A DNA stretch of 64,000 nucleotides, taken from contig NC_087437.1 of NCBI RefSeq assembly GCF_036321535.1, positions 100,442,001-100,506,000 of the forward strand. The letters run 5' to 3'. Of this stretch, positions 13,186-26,349 are shown in pieces (positions within the stretch are counted from its first letter, which is position 1; the number at the start of each line of letters is the position of its first letter). Position numbers and translations under genes: made by a program. The notes under the pieces are model-generated. The model was not told the DNA's origin, made no database searches, and saw only the letters and a program-made list of their open reading frames with translations. The stretch is from Camelus dromedarius (lineage: Eukaryota).

Positions 13186-16100
13186 GGGGTGGAATACAAT
13201 ACAGTCAGAATTCAATTTTTTCTATTCTCCTTTCCTATTGTAAGAGCCTACTTACAGTAGGAGGAATTGGTTGGCATAGTTGAATATGTTATGGTTCTTA
13301 TGCAGAGCGTTAAGCATGCCTGGGATTGCACAGAAAATCCCTGGCTAAGCTGAGAACGCCCTTGGGTTTGTCACATGCCTGCATGCATAGTTGTGCTCTT
13401 CAACTGATACCAAATACAGTTAACTATAACAACTGTGGGAGGGGTTGCATGCTTCCAGAGGATGTAATATACCATGAAGCAAAAAGTATAATTGTGGATG
13501 GCAGGTAGCAGTTTCCAAAATGATTCAGAATCACTGATCTGTTCTCTTCTGGATACTCCTCTGTTCAAGCTTCTAACATGTCCACACTTAACATACTTTC
13601 TCACCCTCTGTATTTGTGAGTGTTGATCACGATTCCCTTGCCTTCTGAAAACACTGTGTTTTTCTTTGGTTATTTCTGGGGGGATAGCTTTCAGATTTCA
13701 GTTCTATGAAAGAACTTTAGGTTTAATCCTGAAAAATTTGCTTTTGTAGATGTTGTTCTTTCGAAGCTACTGAACACAACTCACAAATTCCTGTCATCTG
13801 TATCTATTCACATTGAGAGGTAAAGTGCATTCACCTCCACTTACAGTGTTCTGTCACTGGAGGTCCTGTATTTTATCCCAGATGAACATAGTGGATTGTG
13901 GAGAAACATATAAGAATATCTTGGTATTTTCATTATGACTGTAATTGACTTGCTGTGATATTCCATCTTCCTAATGAATAAAAAATCACTGCTAAAATTT
14001 CCTCATTCAGCAGAAATACATGAACAAAGAAAGGAAGTAATTTAATTCTAGCTTATGTTGAACTCTGACTTCCTGGTCACCAGTTTTGGGTGCCAGGCTA
14101 CTGGGCAGTTTCCGGCAACAGCAAATGATTGCAGTTTTCTCCTTGGAAAAGCCCCTAAATATTTCAAAACAAGTATTTAAGGTCAGACAGAGGTACATTC
14201 TCTTGCTTATGAACATGCATTTTATAAACATCCATTATGTGCACTTTCTGTTTTGTAGCTGTCTTGGGGTTCCCTTCTTTCTCTCCCTGATGTCAGAAAC
14301 TTCCTTATTCTGCTGAGCCAGCTGACCAAATCCTGTGGTCCTCCACCTGCCTGCCACCTCCCCACTCCTCGCCCCGCTGCCAGCACTAACCCATCTTGTC
14401 ACTCCTTTATTCTCGATGCCTGAGCAGAGTTGAATTTCATAGCTCTGGGAATGTGGACGTACTTGGTATATAGTACAAACTGGAACTCTAAATGTGGGTT
14501 CTCTTAGGAATTCATATGGCAGAATCCTTCCAGGAAGGGTTGAATGGCTTTTCCCCTCAGTCTTGGAACCAAATAGTCACATAATAATGTTTGTGTGGAA
14601 AGTATACTTAACAATGGACTTGGTGGGGGGGGGTGATGATTTGGGAAAAGTTGGAAATGCCTGGGTTTCCAGCACTATTCATATTCACTTGGTAACAAAA
14701 TGAATTGTGGTTTTAGGGTGTGTTTCACTTTTGGAACAATCAAAATAGACTGTTATTGTAGGCATAGTATAGCATTCAAATCAGAAGTGAATGACAAGGC
14801 TCAGTTGACTGGCCTCTGAGAGTGGCCTTCATCCTATATTTACAAAGTGTTCCAGAATTTCAGCCAAGGAAAAGTCTGAAAAATGTGAAATCAAAATGAC
14901 TGGGAATAATTTTGAGGTTGACATTTCTTTTTCATCCCTAAAATTTAATGTATATTTAGAAAGCAAATTTAGAAGCATATGGTGTTTTATTAGGTTACTT
15001 ATGTTTTTAACAATTACTCCTAAAGGAAACGCCGTCTAGTGAACCTTAAACACTGTGCTGTTTGAGAATTTAATGAGAAATAAATGAGTGAGAAGGAAAA
15101 GAAGTGCTTGTATTGGCTACACTGAATGTACAGGTGATTAGAAAGGTCCTGTGGCTGTAGGAATGAGGATGGATTTCGTTAATTAAAATGAAACTCAGAG
15201 TGGAAATCATATGGGAAATAAATCTTTAGGAAAACAGAGAGCCGCTTCATAGGCAAAAATTAAGTGATTAAGTGGCCCCAAATGATCTATCCCATAATGA
15301 TATAATCACATGGATATTTTATTTGATGAAAGAAAAATAGATAATCTGGGGACTAAAAACAGGGAAACAGAGTGGGGCAAAAAGCTAGACATAAGAAGGA
15401 CTTTTGTTCTGTAGCCAAAATCTTCCTACTGATGCTTTACTGTTTTCAGTGGATGATGGGGATTAAGTTTTCTCTAAAGATGAGGTCTCTAGTGCACGAG
15501 TTACTTCTCTTCTACTATTCACTTCTACACTCTAAATTTCTCACCTTTCTGAGAGAAGCTTTACAGAACGATACTTTCAAAAGTATCAGGGGAATTATAA
15601 GTAACAAGAAGATGGGGGACAAACTGAAAAGAACCAGGAAAAACTACAAGCTTGAGGAGCTGAGAGTGCAGAAAAGAAATGGTATCTCAGTGCAGGAGCT
15701 TCTGTTCATGGGGGAGAGAGGGGAAAAGGGCACTCTGCTTGCAGAAAAGGAAAGCAGAGTCAAAATGTTGCACCAAACCAGAGAGAAGGCAGCATTCAGA
15801 GACCAGGAAACTAGGTCGCTGAACCTCGGGTTTAATGTCCAAAGATTCAGGTCCGTGTAAAGAGACTCACAAAGAGAAAAATCAGGAGTATTAACCACAA
15901 TTCCAGGCCAACAGAAGACTGTTGAAATCATTAAGCACACAAAAAGCACACAATGTGCCAGGAACTCTGCTGGGTGTGCAGAGCAGAAGGCACGGTCAGA
16001 GATGTGAGCCAGGGTTTGAGGGTGTCCAGGGGCTGCAGCAGCGTGAGGAACGAAGGGTGAAATGTGGGTAGGCAAGAGCTGGTCAAGGCTTGAATGGGTT

Positions 16101-18249
16101 CCTAATACTCACAACAAAAGAAATGAGTCAAAAATATTGAATAAAAATCTTTAAGGCAGGTAAAAATAGATTTATCCAACAATGTTTCAGAGAAGTATCC
16201 CTGATGAATGAGGGAATGAGAGACAGGAAACTGAACGAATGGGGTTGGCAGTATCCAAGTGAGCCCGGTACCTCTTTGAGGTCTTGTCTTAGTCACCTCT
16301 GGCTCTTTAGGACCTAGAGCTTGAAACTGAGCTTTGGCTCAGTAAAGTGTTGGCTATTCTTTGTAGGAGCCTTTAAAAAAATCTTCCTTAGTGACCTTGG
16401 GGGAGCAGAAACAGATCGGAATAAATCAGAACAGGTTCTAGCTACCCTGGCGTTGAAAAGTATCAAAGTGACAGTTGAGGTGCTGAATTCAGCCTACAGG
16501 CTTGTGTTTTTTCCTTTGTCTTCATCAGCTCAGATTTTTAAATATCATTTAATTTGGATTCCCCTAGGTAAGAGATGTACCCTTCAGTTTGCTGTGGTCA
16601 CAAGCATTCCTTGCTATAGGACATAATTGTTTTAGCTGCTTCATACCTGAAGGCATTTGAGTTTTGAGCCTTTCATACTGCCAGGGAAACAAAGAACCAC
16701 AGCCAGCTGAGTGAGTGATGTGAGTGAGCTGATATTAAAAAAAAATGTCGTAAGTTCACATGGAGTATTTTCAAATGTATATCACTGCCTCAAAACTAGG
16801 GGCAGACAGGTACATCCTCTTATTTGTTTAATTAATGTCTCCAGTACCCATCTGCCCTTGAATAAGAGGTCTAGAACCTGCTTCTTAAGAACTCAGTTGT
16901 TTAAGGATCCCAGCCAGGTTGGTCATACTTGCAAATGCCAGAATTCCAAACACCATCAGAAACTGATGACGCAGTTGGTTGACAAAGGTCTCTTGGTGCT
17001 TGCTCACAGGCTTGAACCCTTGTTTGCCAAACAGCTGTTGAGGCCAGATCATCAGCTGCACCCAGTGCTCAAATCAGCGCTTCCCCCGCCTCCAACGAAT
17101 ACGTCCAGTTGGCCAGTTCCTTCGCAAACCCCAGGTCCTCAGTCAGACTGATCCTCCTCTCCAGGTTACTGTCTCCAGGCTACTCCGGTTGACCTGGAGT
17201 CTTCCTAACTTCTCTCCCTGCAGGCTCTGGATTCTTTATGTAAAAAGACTATTTCTTTCCAAATGACAGCTTTGCTACAGGCTGTTCCTTGAACAGTAAA
17301 ACCTTGCTTGAAAGACAAAAGGTTCTTTTTCACCCTGCTTATTCCCTTCACCCACCCCAGGGCCTGTCCCCCCTTAAGTTATTTCCTTAACTAAGGAAGA
17401 CTACTCAAAAGCTTCCTAAAACATAGAAGATCTGCTTCTGCGTGACTTTCTCTAATTTACTTTTAAACCACATCAGATGTACTGTTTGCTCCCTGCACAG
17501 GCTTCCAACTGCAGTCACATTTTTCACATGAAGTTTGCGTTGACTTAAAAAACAAAAACTCAGGTATAAAAAAATTTTGCTTAGAAAGATGATCAGATCT
17601 AATAATCCAGGCAAATTCTGTAAAACAGTTACCTAAATTATAAATTACATGAGTGAGGCTGTGGAAACTCAGTCCTTGGAAGGTTCTCTTTGACCAAATG
17701 TAATAATTAGGTCAATTGCCAGAACTTTGTAGATGCTGAGCTGCTTTCCAACAGGATCTCATTTATGCTCCCTCTAATTTTATATATAATTTTAAAACCT
17801 AAAGAAGTTACCCTGGGAAGACTTTAAATAGAAGTGGCCAAATAGTGTACAATTCAAAAAAATATGTATATAAAACAAAAAAAAGTCAGTTCCAACAATT
17901 TGATTCCATCTGATTAAACTGAGAAAGTAACTTATCACATTTGGTAAAAGGGCAGCCTTTTTACTAAATTATAAATATGTTAACTGAATAGAAGTATCAT
18001 CTAAATCATATGCCTGTTCCCTTCTTTGATACATGCAAATCTGAACTTCCCAGATAAACATTCAATAAAAAGGTTTTAGACCTAAGATCTTGTACTACTG
18101 GCCATTTATATAATTAAGTATAGAAATGTTTTAGAAAAATATAGGAATTTATGATTTTTAATTGACTTTATTTCAGCTTTGACTCAAAACAGATTTAATT
18201 ATGGCCTAATTTACAAATTCTTAATAGAGATTCTTTCAAAAAAATTTAA

Positions 18250-19920
18250 AATTGTTACTTAAAATAGTAATAAACCTGCTTGGTTAAAAATATCTATAAA
18301 AATCTGCACTGAGCAGTCTCCTTCCCACCCCATCCTTACTTGCCCCAGCTGGCACCCTCTTTCCAGTAAGGTAACCACATTTATTTAAGTAATCCTGAAA
18401 TTTTTGTCATGTTTTTGTGAGGAGAGGAGGAGGAAAATGAGAATGGGAAAAGAGAAATGGAATTTAACTTTATTAATATATAAATAAATACAAATGTTAT
18501 TTTTCTGCTCTTCTTATATAAATGGCAGGTAGCATACTATACAAATTTTTCTACCTCTTTTTGTATTAACATATTTTGTAAATAATTATGTAAAAGTACG
18601 TAAATAACTTCCCCATTCTTTTTTTTGTAACTGCATAATATTTTATTGGATTGTTCCCAATAAAGTGCTTCAGTGAGAAACTGTGTACATAAACATTTTA
18701 CATATGTGCGAGAATAAAACGTTAGAATTGGAGTTGCTAATTCCAAGAATATATTAAGAATTTGTTATTCTTGTAGATGTTGTCCAATTATATTCCATTA
18801 GGGCTTGAGACAAGTTATAGCCCTACCAGCAATTTATGAGAGTGCCGATTTTTTTGCATTTTAATCAACTCAGTGTGTTATGAAACTTTTGTCTTTTTAT
18901 CCATCTGACAGGTGAAAATGACAGGTTGTTCTGATCTGTATTCCTTACGTTACAAGGGAGCTTATGCATCTTTTCCAGATATTTTAGGCCCAGTTATTTT
19001 TTTCTTTTTGGTGAATTATCTATTCATATCCTTTATCCATTTTTATTTATTTATTTTTTCTTATCTGTTGAAACACACTTTATATTTTAGGGATGTTAGG
19101 TTTTTGTCTACAGTAAGTTTCAGATGTGTTTCCCAATTTGTCATTGTCTTTTCATTTTGCTTATAGGCTTTTTGCTTTTGATTCTTTGGTTTGTTTTGTT
19201 TTGTTACACATAAGCTTTGACTGTGTGATTGAATTTATCAGTCTTCTTTTAAGACTTCTGGTTAGTGGAATCACAGTCAGAAAGATCTTTCCTTGTCTTC
19301 TTCTATTGCATTTATGGCTTTCTTTCTTTTCTGAGTTTTCGATTAAGAATTTTTTTCTGGGTACATTGTAAGATTGAATTCTATTTTAATTTTTTCCCCA
19401 GATGGCTACCCAGTTGTCCCATCAGCATAAATTAAATAGCTTGTCTTTTTCCTATTGATCTGAATTGTCATCCTTAATCCTCTTATGTATTTTGGTCTAT
19501 TTTTAGACGTTCTATCCTGTGACTTGGTCTATTTATTCATGAGCCAGACAGCACTGCTATAACTGTTAAGACCTTATATTTCAACAAGGATCATTCTCCT
19601 GCATTGCTCTTCACTGATACAGTTTTCCTGGCTGTTTTTTGCCTGTTTACTTTTAAAAAATAAGCTACAGTGTTATCTTGTCTAGTTTAAAAAAGTCATT
19701 ATTTTTTGTATTAAAAGAATTAAAAATATATGAGTAATTGACATTTATACCATGTCGAGTTTTTTCTCATACTAAAACAGAGCATGCCTTTCCTTTTCCT
19801 TTTGATCAGTTTTTCTTTTGTGTTCATCAGTGGGTTTTTAAATCTTTAGTTTTTGTTCATTTCTTATTAAGATAATTCCTAGGTATTCTGTAATTTTTGT
19901 TGCTGTTATAAATGGGACCA
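18250..19920 (-). mobile_element. Old L1 (L1ME/L1M5-type) fragment
   Basis: T-rich; ccaccagcaat-like ctaccagcaatttatgagagtgcc, cccagttgtccca..cagca, attcctaggtatt..ttttgttgctgttataaatggga. Confidence 0.75.
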
Positions 19921-19942
19921 CCCCTTAAAGGCTGTTGACACA

Positions 19943-20937
19943 TGCAAGAACAAATATAAACTGAAAGTAAGAGGCTTAATTCTCTCTGTTGAAAATAAGG
20001 GAAGAGATTTCCCTTCTCCATCCTTTTTGTTAGAGCTTTTACTTTAATTAATTAATTAATTGTAGTATAGTCAGTTTACAATGTTATATCAATTTCTGAT
20101 GTACAGCATAATGTTTCAGTCATATGTATACATACATATATTCATTTCATCTTCTTTCTCATTACAGATTACTACAAGATGTTGAATATAGTTCCCTGTG
20201 CTATACAGAAGAAACTTGTTTATCTATTTTATATATAGTAGTTAGTATCTGCAAATCTCGAACTCCCAATTTATCCCTTTCTAACCCTTTCCCCCACCAA
20301 CCATAATGGAGTATTTGCTTTAGAAACTTGTAATTGGAAGTACTTTCTCTTCTTTTTGGGGTGTATATAAATTCTGTCATAGACTAGATAGGCCTTTGTC
20401 AGCTTTTTGACCCAGGAATGCATTTCTTAAGAACTTGGGAAACAACTCCTTTCTATGTAAACATCCAAGGAAGACAGTGCCCCATTCCCAGGTTTCAGCA
20501 GGAGGATAGGAGCCTAACTTCAGCTGACCTGGTTCCAAGTTGTAAAACTACGTTCTGACACAAAGATATGAGAAGTTTGTTTTCCCTTTGCATAAAACCA
20601 AGTAACTGACACAAATGGGGTCCTCAATTGCCAGGTAAATGTAGGGGGAACTATGTGAAACAAAATGGTGTCTTCTAACCTAAGGACTTTGGTTTATCTT
20701 GAGAACATGTATGTAATGGGTTTTATCTGCTTGGCTATGTGGGTGAAGGGTGGGATGTCTCTCCATTTTTTTTTTTTTTTTTTTTTTTTTTGCTATCTCT
20801 TTTCAATTGTCTGTGATGGGCATTGCATTCTGATTTAATGTTTATTCAACAAAGAAAGTGTTTTCTTTCTTGCTACATTTGTGGAGAGGATTTCTGGATC
20901 AGGAGAAGATTTCGTTTTTAATTATGTTTCCCCAGCA
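19943..20937 (+). mobile_element. ERV1 solo LTR (MER90/MER90a-like), carrying a younger L1 insertion
   Basis: TG...CA ends (tgcaagaacaaatataaa ... tatgtttccccagca), near-match 4-bp flanks caca/ctca; internal gaggcttaattctctctgttgaaaataaggg and ggagcctaacttc. Confidence 0.75.
20048..20307 (-). mobile_element. Young cetartiodactyl-type L1 3' end
   Basis: gttgaatatagttccctgtgctatacag...tagttagtatctgcaaatctcgaactcccaatttatccct; degenerate TSD gagcttttacttta / gagtatttgcttta. Confidence 0.85.
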
Positions 20938-21230
20938 CTCAGTGGGAGTTGTGCCCTCTTTCCTCCCCTTTCTTTGTTTTTGAGTATGTTGGCAGAAGCT
21001 GCAGCTGCCATCTTGGACCATGCAGGTGACCTTGCAAATGGAAACCGTCCTAGGGTGGCCAAGGGTGAGTGAGGAAAAAGATAGCAGGAATCCTGGTCCC
21101 TGATGACTACTGAACCAAATTGCTTATCTTTAGATTTCTTTTATATAAAGAAAAATTAAATTCTCTTATATCAGCCACTGTTATTTTGGTTTTTCTGTTA
21201 AACAAGGCTGAAACTATTCTAACTGATACA
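20938..21230 (+). mobile_element. MLT1J-like LTR 3' part
   Basis: gcagctgccatcttggaccatg, cctggtccctgatgac, agccactgttattttgg, ending ctaactgataca. Confidence 0.8.
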
Positions 21231-22619
21231 CTGCCAAGAGGAATATCTTCAGATAAAATATAGCCAAATCAGCTTTCTTATTTAAGCATCCTCTAACATT
21301 TAACTGGCTTTGTGCTGACATGCATGTAAGTCAACTGACTTAGTTACCGAGACATACATTTTATAACCAGTTTATTTTTGATCTTTTACCATGAAGACAT
21401 TAACTCAAATTTAAATGTTCTCTGGGTGCATTTCTGGCTTTAAAAAATGACTAGGATGAACTTTTGGTAAATACATGTCTTTATCTTTTCCAGGCAAAAA
21501 TATTCAACTTTTCAATTTTTTGTCAAATTTTGAGCATCAGTCCTCCATTCATGAATATATTGGAATGGGCCCAAAGTGTTCTTAAGGGAAATCTTGACCC
21601 TCTCATCAGCTCAGTTCTATGCAGAGTAGTTAGATCTTCTACCTCCACGTGGTTTGGAAACACTCGTCAGCCTATGTTAAAAGATGTTAATTCAGTGCTA
21701 GCATTGCTGATGATTAAAACCCATCATTCTCTCCTAACAGCAGTACCTGAGAATGTCTCCAGGCACTTGTCAGGAAGTATAACATTAAATTCACAGCCAC
21801 TCAGTACGAAGCAAAAGCCCACTGAGAAGAGTGATATTTGTGGAAGACAGCTTGAAAGATACGCAGCTCTTCCTTTCCTCAGATGATCTGAAATCCATAC
21901 TTAACTTAGATGGTGGCAGGGCTGCTTATCTAGATTTCATTGCTTCAGTCCCCTGGACAATGGCTTTTACTCAGTTATGTTTTGTGATTATGACTGCTGC
22001 CTACATTTGATGATACTACAAGTAACAGCAGGGTGAACTTAACTACTGTAAGGCTATTGTGGGTCAGTTAGTCATTACTTGGCATGGTGTTATCTTTATG
22101 AGGTCTCGTGCAATGACTTTCTCTGGTTTCATTACCAAACTTGTGTGTCTGTTGAGTGAGTGATGGATTAATTTTTATTGAGCAATTTGTTTATTTTTAT
22201 GGACTTTGCATTTTTGTGTGGCATATACTTTGCTGAGTTCAATGACATCTTTTTCTGAAACAAGGGACATTGAAATAGATACTTGGCTTAATGTAGCTTC
22301 CCCTTCTATACTTCACATATTGTCCTCCTGATTGCTATTCCAGTGCCTTTTTCCTCCCTGAGTTACCTTTTGGCCTTGTCTCTTTGGGATAAAGGCAAAG
22401 AAGGAAACTTGGTCCATCCTGTTTTTCTTAGCAGGACAAATATATTTAATTTATTTTTTAGAGTGAAGTTTCATTGAGCCTCTGGAAAAAGAGCGTCAAA
22501 ACTGACTCTTTAAATGTCTTTTAAAATGATTAAGAGAAATTTGAATTATTTTTTTCAGGCTAATAATTTATGTATTTTTAAAGCTGTTTAGAATTCTTAC
22601 TTTACTTCACTTATTTTTT

Positions 22620-23140
22620 TTTAAAATTGATAATGTGTCAACACAGCTCTAAAATCAAAAGAAACAAAAGGATATGCAATGAAAAGTCTCTTTCATCCCA
22701 TGTGCTCGAGTTTCTTTCCTTGTAAGTTGCCAGTGTTGTTTCTTTTGTACCCATATTTTTTGTATAAATAAAATACGTAAATTAAGAAAAAAACTATGGT
22801 AATATGCTGATCACACTGTGTAACCTTTCCCATTTGTCAAAACCAGTATGTATTAGAGCTTTCTCCATATCAGTACATAAAGCGTTTCCCCATTCTTTGC
22901 TCTGGTTGGTAATTATTCTATGGCTATACTTTAATTTCTAATCCTTTTAAAAAATGTTAATACAAACAATATTTTATTGGATGACCTTGTGCAGAGCTAA
23001 TTTGCCTATTTGAGGATATCTGTAACGTAAAGTCCTAGAAGTATAACTTCTGGCTTGCATTTTACATGTAATTTAAGTTTTGATGGGCATTGCCAATGTG
23101 CTGTTCATAGAAGTAGTACTAATTTACATTCCCCAGCTAT
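22620..23140 (-). mobile_element. Old L1ME fragment
   Basis: ccatatcagtacata, gtaaagtcctagaagtataacttctgg, gtactaatttacattcccc. Confidence 0.65.
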
Positions 23141-23676
23141 TTTAATATTGCTTCTTAAAACGAGCCCTCAGAGCATCAAATTACTTTATCTCATTTGAGT
23201 GCTGTTCAGAATTAACCATAAATAGTCTTTGCCCACAAGAACTCACACGCAAGAGATAATTTTTTTTTCCCCAAGGGTGTACGTATTTTGTAATTGACTA
23301 TTTGGCTTTTTGAAATTTATTTGCCCACATTTCTTTGTCCAGACTTAGAAAAGTCTGGAAGAGTGAGTGTAATGAAACAGGCAGCAGCAGCTAGAAAGGT
23401 AGTTAACAAATGACAGTCCTCCCTTGCCTCAGGTCCCATCATGTTGTCACAGATGTCTCTTGCTCCCGGACGTAAAGAGGCCCACGGCTACTGCTGATTA
23501 GTCCATCCGTAGATCACACAGGAGATGGGAGTGGGGACAATGAGCTGGAAGCCTGGTGTCTAAAAGTGGAAGCTTAAACATAGCCTTGCCCAGAAGAACC
23601 TTCCAAACTACAAATTATTCCTGACTTAAAAAAAAATTAAAGTCCCCAGGCTTCCTGAAGGATTCTGATGTGAAAG

Positions 23677-23945
23677 TGGGGGGGGGGGGAGGGATAAATT
23701 GGGAGTCTGGGGTTTGCAGATACTAACTACTATATATAAAATAGATAAAACAACAAGGTCCTCCTCTATAGCACAGGGAACTATATTCAATACTTTGTAA
23801 TAGCCTATAATGAAAAAGAATATGAAAATGAATATATGTGTATGTATAAATGAATCACTGTGTTGTATACCAGAAGTTAACACAACACTATAAATCTATT
23901 ATACTTCAATTAAAAAAAGAAACAATGAATCAAAACAAAACAAAG
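23677..23945 (+). mobile_element. Young cetartiodactyl-type L1 3' end
   Basis: gggataaattgggag...gcagatactaactactatatataaaatagataa..tatagcacagggaactatattcaata...atacttcaattaaaaaaa; same family as 20048-20307. Confidence 0.88.
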
Positions 23946-24688
23946 AGCATCCTCTACATTGGCTGGCAAGAGCCACGGAGAAGCATCTAGTCTCAGCAGG
24001 GGTGGACCCAGCCATGTAGCTCTATCTCCAAATGGCTCTAGACTCCTCATTTTACCTGTCAAGTAGAAGGACAAATACATTCTTCTCTTTGTCAAAACAG
24101 TGTCTCAGAGAGCTTAAGTGCTTTGCCTGGCATTGCACAGTGGAGATGGGGCTGAGATGGAGAAGGTGGTTCTACCCACCTCTGTTAACAGACCTCAGGG
24201 CACCGCTCTCGCTCTCATCAGAAGCCAGAGCTCTGCCTTGCTCTCAGGGCCCTCTCTCCACAAGTTGTTCCCACACTATTATTCTGGTTTATTCTCAGAT
24301 TAATCTTTTTCATAGAATCTCTGCTCTAACAGAGTGAATTCGATGCTTATCTGGAAACACACTCTATTCTTCTCCACCTCATGTCTTGATGCCCTTTGTG
24401 TGCCTGGAAGGTTCTCTTCCCCACTTACTACAGGTCAAAATTCTAGCTGCATTATGTGTTCATTAAACGTTCCCTAATCCTGCCCCAACAAACTGCATAA
24501 TCTCTCCCTTGGCCAAATGCATGCTGCACTTTCTCAAGTTTCTCATCCAGCATTCTGAGCAGAGCTACTCATGTTTATGAATTTGCCTCTCGTCTTCCTG
24601 TGTTGGATGATAAGCCCTTTTATGACACAAACCATTATCCTTATATCCATTATATCTATTTTAGTGCCTGACTCATCTGAGGGGCTTA

Positions 24689-24711
24689 AACACACACACA
24701 CACACACACAC
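24689..24711 (+). repeat. (CA)n microsatellite
   Basis: About 10 CA units, read directly. Confidence 0.9.
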
Positions 24712-24871
24712 GAATGTATTTAGCATAAACATAAAGCAATTCTGATTGAAGTAGATGAATGAATGAAAAAGTGTAACTTTTCTCCTATAAACTGAATGGT
24801 GGAGGATATTTTTCATAGTTGATGCTGTATATTTGCAACCAGAAGATACTGTTTCCCCCATTTCTAGTGAG

Positions 24872-25020
24872 CCAGTCGTTCTCAATGCTTTCAGGATCAC
24901 CTGGATAGATTTCTTAAACTCAGGTTGCTGCTCCCCTCTCCCGAATTTGATTCAGTAGATCTGAGAGTGTATATTTCTGACAAATTCCCAGGTAATACTG
25001 ACACTGCAGGTTCAGATCCA
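24872..25020. mobile_element. MER5A MITE
   Basis: cagtcgttctcaa..gatcacctgga..gattcagtagatctg..ttctgacaaattcccaggtaatactga. Confidence 0.75.
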
Positions 25021-25414
25021 TCGTAATAAGCTATAGTAATTGTGTGAGTGAAGCAACAGTGTAGTAATGCAATCGTACCTCTGTTACTTTTGTTCAGTTA
25101 GCCCTGAGGTGTTTACCCAGGAGGTTGTTGGAGAGACCCAGAAACAGTCTGGACTGTGCCAGTGGGTCAGTGGGCTGTGACTGATGAGAAGACCAGTCTT
25201 CCTGAATGGCATTGTTCAGAAGTTGCTGCTCCCTTGAGTCTGGGGAGGAATCCAAACAACCACTTTTACTGTAGTCCTTAACTCCCAGAGAAAGGACAGT
25301 AGCTCTTGAAGGTTAATCACTACTTAGACTTCAGTAGTCTGTTGTGATGAGGTCGGGGATGCCAGGCACCATATAGAGGCCAGGCACCATGCTGACGGGA
25401 AACCTTTCTGGTCG

Positions 25415-25825
25415 TATCGCCGAGCCCAGGCATGTACTGCTTGCCACATGAGAGGCCAATACACTGAGAGATGAGGTGTTGGAGCAAGGAACAGCGACTT
25501 TATTCAGAAAGCCAGCAGACTGAGAAGACGGTGGACTAGTGTCCCAAAGAACCATGTTACCCAAGTTAGAACTCAGGCTTCTTTTAAAAGGGGAGGGGTA
25601 TGGCTGGTTGTTGCAAACTTCTTGGTGCCAAAACCCTTTGTTCTTGCAGGTGTGCTCATAGGTCTGGTCACAATGCTCCTATAAAACTGCAATAAGACAA
25701 TTGTTATTTTCTGTTCTGCAGCTTTTAATTAAAGCTTTAACGGTCAAGTCTGGGAGGCAGGCCTTGAGAATGGGTTATCCTGTATATTTTAGGCTATAGG
25801 GAGTCATGTTTGTTTTTCTGTTACA
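25415..25825 (-). mobile_element. Lineage-restricted ERV1 solo LTR (artiodactyl MER41/LTR39-like)
   Basis: Ends tatcgccgagcccagg ... tctgttaca with 4-bp flanks gtcg/gtcc; polyA signal (plus tttatt) in gcgactttattcagaaagcc; agaagacggtggactagtgtcccaaagaaccat. Confidence 0.7.
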
Positions 25826-25859
25826 GTCCTAATGTCTAGATTTCAAAAGAATAGACTAG

Positions 25860-26037
25860 AGTCACAAGAACATAATTTGAGGGACCCAGTGCAAAATAAA
25901 AATGAAGGATCCTTTGATTAAAAAAAATATATATATATATATGTATGTAGAATTTCAAGAAGGCAACTACAGAGCAGAAAGCACATGTGAGGCCCTTCTG
26001 AGTATCCAGGTTGCATGTCCATGACGTTGGTCCTGAC
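25860..26037 (-). mobile_element. MER45A-like hAT-Tip100 MITE
   Basis: acataatttgagggacccagtgcaaaataaaaatg...gaatttcaaga..acagagca..ggcccttctgag...ggtcctg. Confidence 0.8.
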
Positions 26038-26159
26038 CTTGGCCACACAAGGGCTTCCATTTCTGGCAGAGAAAGCAAATGTCAGGGAAAGAAACTGGGT
26101 GAGATGGGAGAAGTTGTATGATGCAGGTGTAGATGGTGGGGCAGGAGGCTGGTGTTAGA

Positions 26160-26349
26160 GATGACTTTTCCTGCTTGGGAGGGAGCAGGACCATGCGAGA
26201 GTTTATCGTGCTTCTCAGAAGGGGCCCACTATTTAAAGCTGACATGTTATTTATTTCTAGAATTTTCCATTTAATATTTTTGGATCACAGTTGATCAAGG
26301 GTTAACTGAAGCCACAGAAAGTGAAACCATGTACTAGAGGGGACTACTG
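26160..26349 (-). mobile_element. MER44/Tigger7 terminal fragment
   Basis: tttatttctagaattttccatttaatatttttgga...aaagtgaaacc...gggggactactg. Confidence 0.8.

Noticed and set aside
13313..13390. p53 response element (AAGCATGCCT and nearby CATG repeats)
   Set aside because: Only one good half-site; the adjacent decamer lacks the CWWG core.
15372..16075. Overlapping 162-aa and 143-aa ORFs
   Set aside because: Non-ATG starts, purine-rich low-complexity origin, no recognisable family or convincing splice structure.
25415..25825. MER41-like LTR as a STAT1-bound interferon-gamma enhancer
   Set aside because: I found no TTCnnnGAA GAS motif in this copy, and the family assignment is uncertain.
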